From positions 40,465-104,464 of the IMG/VR virus record IMGVR_UViG_3300028413_000003: DNA of 64,000 nucleotides; one strand, written 5' to 3'. Below the pieces are notes generated by a model, which made no database searches, had not been told where the DNA came from, and saw only the letters and a program-made list of their open reading frames with translations. This stretch comes from a virus (lineage: Duplodnaviria > Heunggongvirae > Uroviricota > Caudoviricetes). This document shows positions 9,098 to 17,933 of the stretch, piece by piece; positions within the stretch are counted from its first letter, which is position 1, and every line of letters begins with the position of its first letter. A program made the translations under genes and the position numbers.

Positions 9098-9928
9098 TCA
9101 ATGATTAGACCATTGATCATTAATGGCGTTGTCCGTCTTGCTACTAAGATGGGGGTAACTGATGTGAGCGAGCAAGCCGAAAGGTACATGCGTACTCGTT
9201 CTAACTACCAAGCAGAAATGCATTGGTTAGAAAAAGCTGTAAAAATGGGAGTTACTCCATTGTTTGAGTTTGTAGCGCCCGATAACCAGATTGTGCTAGG
9301 ATATCGATCTGCTGACCTTGTGCTGCTGGCAATCCGTCATAATCTAACTGGCAACTACTTGGGTCGCCAGAATTCAACACCGGACTCAATTACACAAGTT
9401 GTGTTACATGACTCGGTTGATGGTACGCTGGATGACTACGTTGCCAAGCACCGCAACGACGAAGGTCGTGAAGGGTTTATCATCAGCTTCAACGGCGAGA
9501 TGTACAAAGGCAAGAACGACTGGTATGTGCGTATCCATAAAACACTGGATCGTGTGCGGTTCGATCGTAACATTGTTGCATTGATTGTCAACGAGGATCT
9601 CGACGATGTGATCGGCCAGTTGCCACAAGTAGATGCAGATCGTATCCGCGATTTCGAAGTTCGATTCTGGGATGCGTTTGGTCGCACCGAAGATCGTGTC
9701 AAGGCACTTTATGAAAAAGCTGTAAAATATCCAGATCGTAAGTCGGTTGCTACAAAGTTTATTCCTAAGTTGCAAAACAAGACCGACGCCAGCTTTGTGT
9801 TTCGCTTGCTGGATGGCGACGACATGCGCGAGATGTTATTGCATTATGTATCAAAGCACATCAACACAAATGTACAATGGAAAGCTTGTGCTAAATGGAT
9901 GGAGGTTGCTGATGCTGTCGTGGTTTAA
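8996..9928 (+). CDS. rnlA: split-intein C-half (34 aa) fused to RNA ligase 1 C-terminal extein (about 276 aa)
   Basis: After HN|S the sequence LEKAVKMGVTPLFEFVAPDNQIVLGY matches T4 Rnl1 [26 protein letters not shown]; extein total about 394 aa versus T4 374 aa. Confidence 0.8.
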   Translation: MKIANIKKIRNNSLRYDIQTSTNNFFANNILVHNSMIRPLIINGVVRLATKMGVTDVSEQAERYMRTRSNYQAEMHWLEKAVKMGVTPLFEFVAPDNQIVLGYRSADLVLLAIRHNLTGNYLGRQNSTPDSITQVVLHDSVDGTLDDYVAKHRNDEGREGFIISFNGEMYKGKNDWYVRIHKTLDRVRFDRNIVALIVNEDLDDVIGQLPQVDADRIRDFEVRFWDAFGRTEDRVKALYEKAVKYPDRKSVATKFIPKLQNKTDASFVFRLLDGDDMREMLLHYVSKHINTNVQWKACAKWMEVADAVVV

Positions 9929-10651
9929 ATCTTGGTTTACCGAGCCTGAACCCAACAGGCCGTTTGTTGTATATATACGACAGCATAAAGTTGCTCAATC
10001 AACCACAAGAGAAGAAGCAGAAAAGTACATTCAAGAGATTTTTGAAAAGTCAGACAGTAGCTTTTTAGGAGGATCAGGATGGGGGACTCGTCAGGGTGTT
10101 AGCCAAAAACGCAGACGTAACGCATTTCGAGGACAATGCAAAATCGTTGAAATGTGCAACCTGTGTAACCGAAGGGTTGGCCATTGTGGACAGTGTTGAT
10201 TATCACCTAACTCCTCTTCCTGGATATTGAGAAATTGTGTTTGCAAAATATAATAATGATAAGTATACACGCAAGTTCTATCATTTGTTAGAAAGCGAAG
10301 GATTTGATTTGACGTGGGAACAAAGGCGAACGAATTACAATTTAAAATTAGTGTCGCATAAAAAGAAATCAATTATGACAATATTTTGCTTAAAATACTC
10401 CGGTACATTAGCGTTGTGTGACATCTTAGTAAGAGAATACACACCCAACACCAGAGGTGCAACAATGTACCAGAAGAGATCATTATGGAACTAATTGCAT
10501 TTGTTATTGTTGTTGCAGGCTATGTAATAGCAGACGCGATAATGTTTGTAAACGGTTATCGCAGCCTTTTTTGGAAAGCTCGAACAAAACAAGAGAAAGC
10601 GGTGCGCCGTGCATTTTTTGACAAATTAAACATCGAATGGGATGAAAAACA

Positions 10652-11047
10652 ATGATACGTGATTATGTTGTAACAATAGCAGAACTTTTATTCTACTTAA
10701 TGGACGGAATACCGTTGCTTGACTCGCCATGGTTACTAGTGTATCTAGGAGCTGGCGTGCTGATTATGCTATGGCCAATTTTAATTTTGGATCGCGTAGG
10801 ACGATACGCCAGGATTGCATGCATAGTTGGGATAATTACATTCTTTCCTGTGCTGTTTCTTACAATGTCACCGGCCTTGGCGCAGCAACAGATGATGAGT
10901 GAGTGTAGCACAGTTCAGGTTGTAGTTTCGTCAGAACGTGCAGGAGTTTCTACTTTCGACGCAAGAGAGTGCCGCCGCAAGTCAAACTTCTATGAAGACC
11001 ACGGACCATGGAAGGTTGTTACACTAACCCGTCGAGTAGCAGAATAA
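10652..11047 (+). CDS. hypothetical membrane protein
   Basis: 131-aa ORF with 3 hydrophobic segments. Confidence 0.4.
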   Translation: MIRDYVVTIAELLFYLMDGIPLLDSPWLLVYLGAGVLIMLWPILILDRVGRYARIACIVGIITFFPVLFLTMSPALAQQQMMSECSTVQVVVSSERAGVSTFDARECRRKSNFYEDHGPWKVVTLTRRVAE

Positions 11048-11331
11048 TGGCAACTGTAGAGATGAAGCTGGACCGGAGAATGGCAGACTGTCCGAGTGCA
11101 TGGGTCGGCTTTGTTCACTGGTGCCAGAAGGATTTGGTTTGGACAGGCATCGAATCCTTGCTGCAAGAGGTTGACACACTCGAAGACCAGTTGTTTCTTT
11201 TCAATCAAGGTTTGTCGTATTACGATGCTTCGATGTCAACAGTAGAAAGTGGGGTTGTTATATTTCAAGATCCTAAAAAGTATTCGTTGTTTGTATTAAC
11301 ATTTAGCGGCTATCATGCCAATAAGAATTGA
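11047..11331 (+). CDS. small paralog-family protein A (C-terminal Y-x-L-F-V-L motif)
   Basis: DCPSAWVGFVHW N-motif and ...KKYSLFVLTF C-motif shared with 5 other ORFs; start taken at ATG 11047. Confidence 0.5.
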   Translation: MATVEMKLDRRMADCPSAWVGFVHWCQKDLVWTGIESLLQEVDTLEDQLFLFNQGLSYYDASMSTVESGVVIFQDPKKYSLFVLTFSGYHANKN

Positions 11332-11560
11332 CCTAGGCAGGCGGTTTTCTGATTGCCCAATACATTGGCGATCCTTTATTAGAAAATTAGAAGAAGAGAT
11401 ACCCGAGCAACAGCATCGCAGAGGCGGCGGATTTTCTACTAAAACTATTAACAAGCAACTAACCATGTATCATGCAACTTTCTTTCAGAAAGGCCAACGT
11501 TACCTAGTTGACTTTTCTGACGAAGCACGCTATAACTTGTTTGTACTCAAGTATGGATAA
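11315..11560 (+). CDS. small paralog-family protein B
   Basis: DCPIHWRSFIRKL and C-terminal RYNLFVLKYG. Confidence 0.5.
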   Translation: MPIRIDLGRRFSDCPIHWRSFIRKLEEEIPEQQHRRGGGFSTKTINKQLTMYHATFFQKGQRYLVDFSDEARYNLFVLKYG

Positions 11561-11566
11561 CACACT

Positions 11567-11917
11567 ATGTCACTGGATAAAATAATCAACGTAGCTCTTG
11601 ACGCAACCATCGAAGGTGAAGCTGACAATGCATTTCGTTTGGCTCGCAAGCGTTACGCCAATGGCGAACGACTACTTACTATCAACAACAATGTCAAACC
11701 ATCTGCAAGAGAACAGCGCATGGTTAAGGAAAGAAATATGCAGCAAGGACTAATAGACTTAATGGACTTAACCATTGAACAACTCGACGAAAAAGTTGCG
11801 TACCATAAAAGAAGAGCACAAAAGGCGTTTACTCAATGTAGAATTTGGCAGATTACAGCAATTGCACTAGGATCGACAGCAGCTGGTGCAATTGCTGTAT
11901 TACTGATTGTATTATAG
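11567..11917 (+). CDS. hypothetical tail-anchored membrane protein
   Basis: 116 aa; C-terminal TM ITAIALGSTAAGAIAVLLIVL. Confidence 0.5.
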   Translation: MSLDKIINVALDATIEGEADNAFRLARKRYANGERLLTINNNVKPSAREQRMVKERNMQQGLIDLMDLTIEQLDEKVAYHKRRAQKAFTQCRIWQITAIALGSTAAGAIAVLLIVL

Positions 11918-12177
11918 TGATCTTTAGAATTGCACCATATTTGCCCAACACGCCAGATGGATGGAGAAAACTTATTAACAGTCTAGGCTTTTTAAGTAAT
12001 CGTTACTCGTCGAGTTCGAGCAAAACTAATAGAGATAAAGTAATTGAAATTGAAAATGAATTTCTAAAATACAATGCAATTTACATTAACTGCGGCGAAG
12101 ACAATTTTAGTACTGTTGAGTTTGTTGATGAAAAACATTATACACTGTTTGTATTAAAATTTGGAGTACTAGAATGA
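11845..12177 (+). CDS. small paralog-family protein C (start may be GTG 11917 overlapping upstream TAG)
   Basis: PDGWRKLINSL and C-terminal HYTLFVLKFGVLE. Confidence 0.5.
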   Translation: MADYSNCTRIDSSWCNCCITDCIIVIFRIAPYLPNTPDGWRKLINSLGFLSNRYSSSSSKTNRDKVIEIENEFLKYNAIYINCGEDNFSTVEFVDEKHYTLFVLKFGVLE

Positions 12178-12536
12178 ACTGGACACTGTTTTTAGACGAC
12201 ATACGTTTTCCAGACGATGTGCGCTATGATTACGGACCTTACAAAGAGTTAGTAATCTGCCGCAGCATGGACGACGCAGTGTGGGCAGTTAAACAATACG
12301 GCCTGCCCACATTTGTCAGCTTTGATCACGATTTGGCTGACATACATTACACCACAGACAACGGCGAAAAAACAGGAATGAGTTTCGCCAAGTGGATCTG
12401 CAACTACATCATGGACAACAACGCAGTATATGATCCAAACTTTGCCTGGCATGTACACAGTGCCAATCCTGTTGGAGCAGCAAACATTGAATCTTTCATG
12501 ACAGAATTTAACAAACATTGGAGAACTATACTATGA
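12174..12536 (+). CDS. hypothetical protein, possible receiver-like (cREC-type) domain
   Basis: LFLDDIRFP ... FVSFDHDLA pattern; 120 aa; low-confidence family assignment. Confidence 0.4.
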   Translation: MNWTLFLDDIRFPDDVRYDYGPYKELVICRSMDDAVWAVKQYGLPTFVSFDHDLADIHYTTDNGEKTGMSFAKWICNYIMDNNAVYDPNFAWHVHSANPVGAANIESFMTEFNKHWRTIL

Positions 12537-13075
12537 AACTATGTAAAGACGAAGTTACCGATACACTAGCTAATTTTGTTTATGAAAGTTCAGGCTTGCC
12601 AGATGGATACCACGCTGGCGTAGCCCGTGTTAAGGTTGAAAAATCACGTTTAACTGCGCTGCCTGATGATGAGATTCTAGCGCTGTATTACACCAGTGAT
12701 GATTGGTACCGCGCACTTGCGGATGGTTACACTGTTGAGATGGTTGACGGACTAACCGATGAAGGTAAAGGTGACACATACAACATTGATGAAGTTAATG
12801 TAATCATCCAAATAGAACAAGATTATGGAATAAATGTCTTTTCTCAACCATACAATAAGTTTACCAAGAAAATGGTCAGTAATGATCAGGGTGGTGATAT
12901 TGCTGGTTTTGGTGCACTAGACGACATTAGTGACGGAAGTGCAGAATGGATGATCTGTTTTGACGATCAGGAACAGTTGGACACAATTAAGCAAATTCTA
13001 ACATCATTGGGTGCAAACTTTGTTGTGCGTGATATGGAAGCAGACAATATTAATGATTTCGGAGATATGCCATAA
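12518..13075 (+). CDS. hypothetical acidic protein
   Basis: 185-aa ORF, D/E-rich. Confidence 0.5.
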   Translation: MENYTMKLCKDEVTDTLANFVYESSGLPDGYHAGVARVKVEKSRLTALPDDEILALYYTSDDWYRALADGYTVEMVDGLTDEGKGDTYNIDEVNVIIQIEQDYGINVFSQPYNKFTKKMVSNDQGGDIAGFGALDDISDGSAEWMICFDDQEQLDTIKQILTSLGANFVVRDMEADNINDFGDMP

Positions 13076-13286
13076 ACGATGAATTTATTTCTGCAATGGA
13101 TATGATAGTTGGGCGATGCAAGAAGAAAAATCTAGCACCAGTGTATTATGGCATCCCCAAAGACATTGCTTGTCCAGATACAGTTGATGAAAATGAAACG
13201 GCTGTTCTTGCTGTAGCAGGCTTCGAGTGGCAGGCACCAGATGCCAGCATCTCTGGCTACTACTTGTTAACGATACATTAAAGTTG

Positions 13287-13315
13287 TTGACATTGTGCTA
13301 TAAATTTGCTACAGT
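13287..13315 (+). promoter_or_regulatory. sigma70-like promoter TTGACA-N17-TACAGT
   Basis: -35 13287-13292, -10 13310-13315; upstream of ATG 13343. Confidence 0.5.
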
Positions 13316-13342
13316 GATTGTATAGCACAAGGAAGCATCGAG

Positions 13343-13672
13343 ATGGCTGCAACAGTTAATAAATTATGCAACAGATGCGGCGACAGACACACAGTTCGTC
13401 AAGCCGATCTCAATCGCGGCTGGGGGAAATTTTGTAGCAAGAGTTGTAAGGCCAAGGTGCAAGAGAAAAAGAATGGGCAACACGCTGCCTATTTAAACGG
13501 ACGTGGCGTAAGCAATTTACACCCTAAACGATTGAAGCTGTATGATAGACCAAAGCATGGTGACTGGGTGCATTGGGAAACTGGTGATTTAATCGATCCG
13601 TTTGATGACGATGCAGTACAACAAGATGATAGTAGCGGCCTACATGATGGCCATGGACAATGGGAAGATTAA
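13343..13672 (+). CDS. hypothetical zinc-ribbon protein
   Basis: CNRCGD...CSKSC cysteine pairs; 109 aa. Confidence 0.5.
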   Translation: MAATVNKLCNRCGDRHTVRQADLNRGWGKFCSKSCKAKVQEKKNGQHAAYLNGRGVSNLHPKRLKLYDRPKHGDWVHWETGDLIDPFDDDAVQQDDSSGLHDGHGQWED

Positions 13673-13675
13673 AAT

Positions 13676-14161
13676 ATGAAAATGTATATTGCAGTACTGG
13701 ATCAGGTTCCTGACTCCATGGTGCCTACACTGGTCGCGCACTCAGTTCTAAATGCACATAAATCATTCACAAAGTTGAAAGATTTTGGTGAACTTGGTGA
13801 TGATGATGTTGATCAGGACGATTATAACGAAATTTACCAATTCCCTGAATACATTGATTGGTTTGAACACAGCTTTCGCAAAGTTACCCTGCGCGTGAAT
13901 CAAAAAGAATTTGACAAGATTTCTTTGATTCCACACACCTGGCTAGGTCACGAAAACACTACACTAGACGGCGCTAAGAGTTGTGCAATACCAGTACCGT
14001 GTAATGATTTTGAACGCCCTAATGTATTGAAATTTGCTAAGATGTGGAAGCCAGACGTCAGTGAATTGGAAAAAGAGTTGGCAGCGTGGAAGCAACTACA
14101 CAAAGAGCTAGATGGGCCAGATGTTGTGTACAAAAATGGTGAAATGATATATGTCTACTAA
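13676..14161 (+). CDS. hypothetical protein (weak Pth2-like peptidyl-tRNA hydrolase pattern)
   Basis: KMYIAVLDQVP...LVAHSVLNAH resembles Pth2 KMVIVVRSD...AAQVAHAAV; very tentative. Confidence 0.4.
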   Translation: MKMYIAVLDQVPDSMVPTLVAHSVLNAHKSFTKLKDFGELGDDDVDQDDYNEIYQFPEYIDWFEHSFRKVTLRVNQKEFDKISLIPHTWLGHENTTLDGAKSCAIPVPCNDFERPNVLKFAKMWKPDVSELEKELAAWKQLHKELDGPDVVYKNGEMIYVY

Positions 14162-14486
14162 TCCGCACCAGTGGCTAGATGTAATATTTTTACCATGTGG
14201 CGCAGATGCGTTTTTTGACCACGATTTGGTAATAGACTATAGATGTCAGCAATGCAATGCTGTTGTCGGATCTGTTGGTCAACCGCAGTCTTGTCAAGAC
14301 GCCAACAATAAATGGAAAACACTAGAAGCGTTGGGTGGCAAAGGTTGGAATTACAGACGCGGTGAGCCGCACAAATAAAGCATCTGCGCAGCAGTGTTGG
14401 TTGACGTTGTTCTTTGCTTGTGCTACAATATATGTTATGCAACACCCGGACTAGATAAAGTTGTTCGGGTACTCTAGGACAATATC

Positions 14487-14744
14487 ATGACCAAAGAAAA
14501 CATAAAGAAATATCCCCACAGGCTGGCACACCATATCTTTACCGGCAGGACATTTTGGGCGCCTGTTGTACTAACTGGTGTTTCCCGCGAGACTGCTTAC
14601 CAGAACAAAATAGTAAAATACTACGAAGCTGAGCGTAAACGTTTGTGGGGGCTTTGGACTTGTACATTCTGGATCAGGCAAAGTGACGTCAGATTTTATA
14701 CACCGCGCACAGACAGATTCTACCCAGTTGATGTTGTTAAATAA
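14487..14744 (+). CDS. hypothetical small protein
   Basis: 85-aa ORF. Confidence 0.35.
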   Translation: MTKENIKKYPHRLAHHIFTGRTFWAPVVLTGVSRETAYQNKIVKYYEAERKRLWGLWTCTFWIRQSDVRFYTPRTDRFYPVDVVK

Positions 14745-14746
14745 TC

Positions 14747-14932
14747 ATGTACAATTATAAAAATGCAATTGTCAAATTCAACAGCGGACACGGTGCATTG
14801 TTGTGTAACTGGTGCAGACGAATAATTTCCGCTGGTATCAATCACGAAGACAAGATCCATAGGTGTACAAATTGTGAGCAAGAGTTAAGCAAATATGCAG
14901 AAACACCGTCGGCTGGATTTGGAGAAAATTAA
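14747..14932 (+). CDS. hypothetical small zinc-finger protein
   Basis: CNWCRR...CTNCEQE. Confidence 0.35.
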   Translation: MYNYKNAIVKFNSGHGALLCNWCRRIISAGINHEDKIHRCTNCEQELSKYAETPSAGFGEN

Positions 14933-15241
14933 ATGAAAGCAACTGGAACTATACCCTGCATTGTATGTGCAGTAGACCTGCCTAATATGGCGTCGCCGAA
15001 AGTTGATGTACACCCGTATGACGGGTTACACTTTCGATCTTATGGGCACTACGGTTCGTCTATTTTTGATCCAATGTCAGCGCCAGCACATCTCGATGTT
15101 GCTATTTGTGATGTATGCATAATGGCTCACCTGGACAAAGTACGCGGGACCGGAAAAGGCGATCTAGCAGATAACGTACAACTGTACACTGCTGCTGCCC
15201 ACCATGCTAAACTTGGCAGAGAAAGCAAAAATGTTAAATAA
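14933..15241 (+). CDS. hypothetical protein
   Basis: 102-aa ORF, ATGA-type junction with upstream ORF. Confidence 0.4.
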   Translation: MKATGTIPCIVCAVDLPNMASPKVDVHPYDGLHFRSYGHYGSSIFDPMSAPAHLDVAICDVCIMAHLDKVRGTGKGDLADNVQLYTAAAHHAKLGRESKNVK

Positions 15242-15474
15242 AGAAAATGTAGTTGATACTAATACATTTTGCTGCTACATTGTAACTAACAAAATAGCAA
15301 TACACAATGGAGAAATACATTGAGAGATTTTTATGAAAAAGGCGAAAGGCAGTCAGCAATGGGTGACAATCCAGAGATAGCAGGCGGCTGTCCCTGAAGA
15401 AATGTATGAAGATGTAGTTGAATACGCTATTCGGTATAGCGACGCCTAAATTAGATTAAAATAGGAGTAATTAC

Positions 15475-15795
15475 TTGGAAAAGCTAATGGTTGTTTATCA
15501 TGTTTTAGACGGATGTACATACTCATCGGAAGAAATTATACCACTTGAATACCAGTCAGCCGAGGAACTTATTTGCGACTTTGCTGACTGGGCCGCAAAG
15601 CAAATACAAGTGGCTATTCAGACAAACACGTATCCGTGCGGCACAATTCGGTTTGGCAACAAGGAATTTGATGTGCAAAATTTTGTCTATCACATTGAAA
15701 AGCCCAAATGGGACAAATCAAAAGATGAACACTACGGCATTGACTTGCCAGACATCTTTACACTCAATGAATGGTTTGAGAAAAATAAGAACTAA
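15475..15795 (+). CDS. hypothetical protein
   Basis: 106-aa ORF. Confidence 0.45.
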   Translation: MEKLMVVYHVLDGCTYSSEEIIPLEYQSAEELICDFADWAAKQIQVAIQTNTYPCGTIRFGNKEFDVQNFVYHIEKPKWDKSKDEHYGIDLPDIFTLNEWFEKNKN

Positions 15796-15821
15796 ACCTT
15801 GTATAACTAACATGCTTTGTA

Positions 15822-16160
15822 GTGTTAGAACAAACAAGAAGTTACACAATGAATGTTAAACTGACTATCTTCGTAGGACACGTAAATCTGGCCGCACCGG
15901 CTAAATTTTACAGTAAATGCATGTCTAACAAGACGGTGAAAAGTTTTCACGATCATATTGCAGTCCTACGTAGCAACAATGTCAGCTTTACTTTACGAGT
16001 GTACACTGACACTATTATTATTTGGGCCTGCGCGCAACTCGGATCAGGAAATATTTCTCTCAACAATATCACTGTTATAACCGAAGAAGTTACTCATCAG
16101 TATGGCGACGAAGAGCTGTTTGGCCAGACATTGCGATTCAGGGCCTCTTGGCATCTTTAA
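15822..16160 (+). CDS. hypothetical protein
   Basis: 112-aa ORF. Confidence 0.3.
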   Translation: MLEQTRSYTMNVKLTIFVGHVNLAAPAKFYSKCMSNKTVKSFHDHIAVLRSNNVSFTLRVYTDTIIIWACAQLGSGNISLNNITVITEEVTHQYGDEELFGQTLRFRASWHL

Positions 16161-16191
16161 CTAAGGTAAGAATGTGGAAAATTTGGCTTTT

Positions 16192-16235
16192 ACAGATCAA
16201 CAAATTACATTTTTGAGGATTAAATATGGATAATA
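16192..16235. repeat. 44-bp perfect direct repeat, copy 1 (contains start codon of MORN-repeat gene)
   Basis: acagatcaacaaattacatttttgaggattaaatatggataata identical to 16532-16575. Confidence 0.9.
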
Positions 16236-16573
16236 ACCCAGTAATCAATGCAAGTGGCGATAAGCTTTGGTATGAGAATGGTGAACTACATAGAACCAAT
16301 GGACCAGCAATTGAATACACAGATGGTGATAAGCATTGGTATGTGAATGACCAACTGCACAGAACCGATGGACCAGCAGTTGAAAACACAGATGGTGCAA
16401 CGCAGTGGTATGAGAATGGTGAACTACATAGAACCAATGGACCAGCAGTTGAAAACACAGATGGTGCAAAGTTTTGGTATTTAGAGGGCATGCAATGCAG
16501 CTTTGATGAGTGGTGCAAAAGATCCACTCTCACAGATCAACAAATTACATTTTTGAGGATTAAATATGGATAA
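16226..16573 (+). CDS. MORN-repeat-variant protein (4 x 23-aa WYxNGxLHRTxGPA repeats)
   Basis: Internal 69-bp DNA periodicity; repeat units 1 and 3 nearly identical; gene starts in repeat copy 1 and ends in copy 2. Confidence 0.6.
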   Translation: MDNNPVINASGDKLWYENGELHRTNGPAIEYTDGDKHWYVNDQLHRTDGPAVENTDGATQWYENGELHRTNGPAVENTDGAKFWYLEGMQCSFDEWCKRSTLTDQQITFLRIKYG

Positions 16574-16575
16574 TA
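16532..16575. repeat. 44-bp perfect direct repeat, copy 2 (contains stop of MORN gene plus an orphan ATG)
   Basis: Identical to 16192-16235. Confidence 0.9.
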
Positions 16576-16613
16576 GGTTAGGGGAAATAATTAGATAAAG
16601 CAAATATTAACTG

Positions 16614-16642
16614 TTGACAGATGACTTAATGTCTGTTAGAGT
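16614..16642 (+). promoter_or_regulatory. sigma70-like promoter TTGACA-N17-TAGAGT
   Basis: -35 16614-16619, -10 16637-16642; upstream of cca. Confidence 0.55.
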
Positions 16643-16667
16643 TAGCTAGTAACAAAAGGATACTATT

Positions 16668-17933
16668 ATGGAAAGACATTTAGTAGGCGCCCCGGTACGA
16701 GATATGCGGCTGGGGCGTACTGTCGAAGACCGAGATTGGGTAGTAGTTGGTTCTACACCCGAGCAAATGCTAGCTGACGGTTTTGGACAAGTTGGTGCTG
16801 ATTTTCCTGTATTTTTGCATCCTGAGACCAATGAAGAATATGCACTTGCACGTCGCGAACATAAAACTGGCGAAGGTTACTTGGGATTCACCAGCGATTT
16901 TGGTACAGATGTTACACTGTTGGAAGACTTGGGCCAACGAGACTTAACTGTCAACAGCATGGCCATGCAGAAACTGACCGAAAGTGAATTTGCAATAGAC
17001 ACTGACACCAACGACAATTGGGCGTTCTTTGATCCATATGGTGGCTTGGAAGATTTAGAAGCAAAAGTCCTTCGGCACACCAGTGATGCATTTGCCGAAG
17101 ATCCTGTACGAGTATTGCGTCTGGCGAGATTTCGCGCCAGACTAGGTCCTGAGTGGACAGTTGCACCCGAAACAGTTGCAATGGTTTCAAAAATGGCCAA
17201 GTCCGGTGTTCTTAATGAACTAGTAAGTGAGCGTGTATGGAAAGAAACAAGAAGAGCACTAATGGAGCCTCATGCGCGCCTGTTTTTTGACACACTGTTG
17301 GAAACGGATGCCTTGCATGTGATTTTTCCCGAAGTGTACAAGCTAAAGACTGCACTAGAGGCGCGGCGATGGCACCCCGAAGGCGATGCGTACGAGCACA
17401 CAATGTTGGTACTAACTGCCGCAGTTGATTTTGGCTACGACCTAGAAACGCGATTTGCTGCACTGGTACACGACTTTGGCAAAGGTCTAACGCCTAGAGC
17501 AGCACTGCCCAAGCACTACGGCCATGAAGTCACAGGTGTTGCTGTTGTAGAAAGCTTTGCCAATAGGCTGTCTGTGCCTTCTAATATGCGCAACCGTGCG
17601 ATGAAGACCACAAGATTTCACATGCACATGCACAAGTTAGACTCGTTGAATCCAAAAACGTTTGTAAAAATGTTTACAGAAATGGATGCTTGGAGAAATC
17701 CAGAAGTTGTAGACTTGCTGCTAAGAGTAGGCGAGTGCGACGAACGCGGCAGACTAGGCTGTGAAAATGTAGATGTACAACATTTGCAGAAACTAAAGAA
17801 AGTATTTGATCAAGCTAAAAGAGTTAAGTTTGCTGAGGTATTTTCCAAAGGTGAAACCGATGGCGAAAAGATCAAGGGTGGCATGTATCGTGCTAGAATA
17901 CAAGTTGTTTCGGAGATTAACAAAGATGACTAA
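16668..17933 (+). CDS. cca: tRNA nucleotidyltransferase (CCA-adding enzyme) with HD domain
   Basis: N-terminal LVGAPVRDMRLGRTVEDRDWVVVG (pol-beta NTase head) and HD motif ALVHDFGKG; 421 aa. Confidence 0.85.
   Translation: MERHLVGAPVRDMRLGRTVEDRDWVVVGSTPEQMLADGFGQVGADFPVFLHPETNEEYALARREHKTGEGYLGFTSDFGTDVTLLEDLGQRDLTVNSMAMQKLTESEFAIDTDTNDNWAFFDPYGGLEDLEAKVLRHTSDAFAEDPVRVLRLARFRARLGPEWTVAPETVAMVSKMAKSGVLNELVSERVWKETRRALMEPHARLFFDTLLETDALHVIFPEVYKLKTALEARRWHPEGDAYEHTMLVLTAAVDFGYDLETRFAALVHDFGKGLTPRAALPKHYGHEVTGVAVVESFANRLSVPSNMRNRAMKTTRFHMHMHKLDSLNPKTFVKMFTEMDAWRNPEVVDLLLRVGECDERGRLGCENVDVQHLQKLKKVFDQAKRVKFAEVFSKGETDGEKIKGGMYRARIQVVSEINKDD

Noticed and set aside
9399-10199. Overlapping ORFs 9399..9584, 9404..9775 (-), 9436..9702 (-), 9747..10199
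   Set aside because: Lie within or out of frame with the Rnl1 C-extein. No RBS. Biased composition.
16192-16575. Possible CRISPR array (identical 44-bp repeats)
   Set aside because: Only two copies. The spacer is a complete protein-coding gene with internal 69-bp coding repeats. No further repeats and no cas genes.
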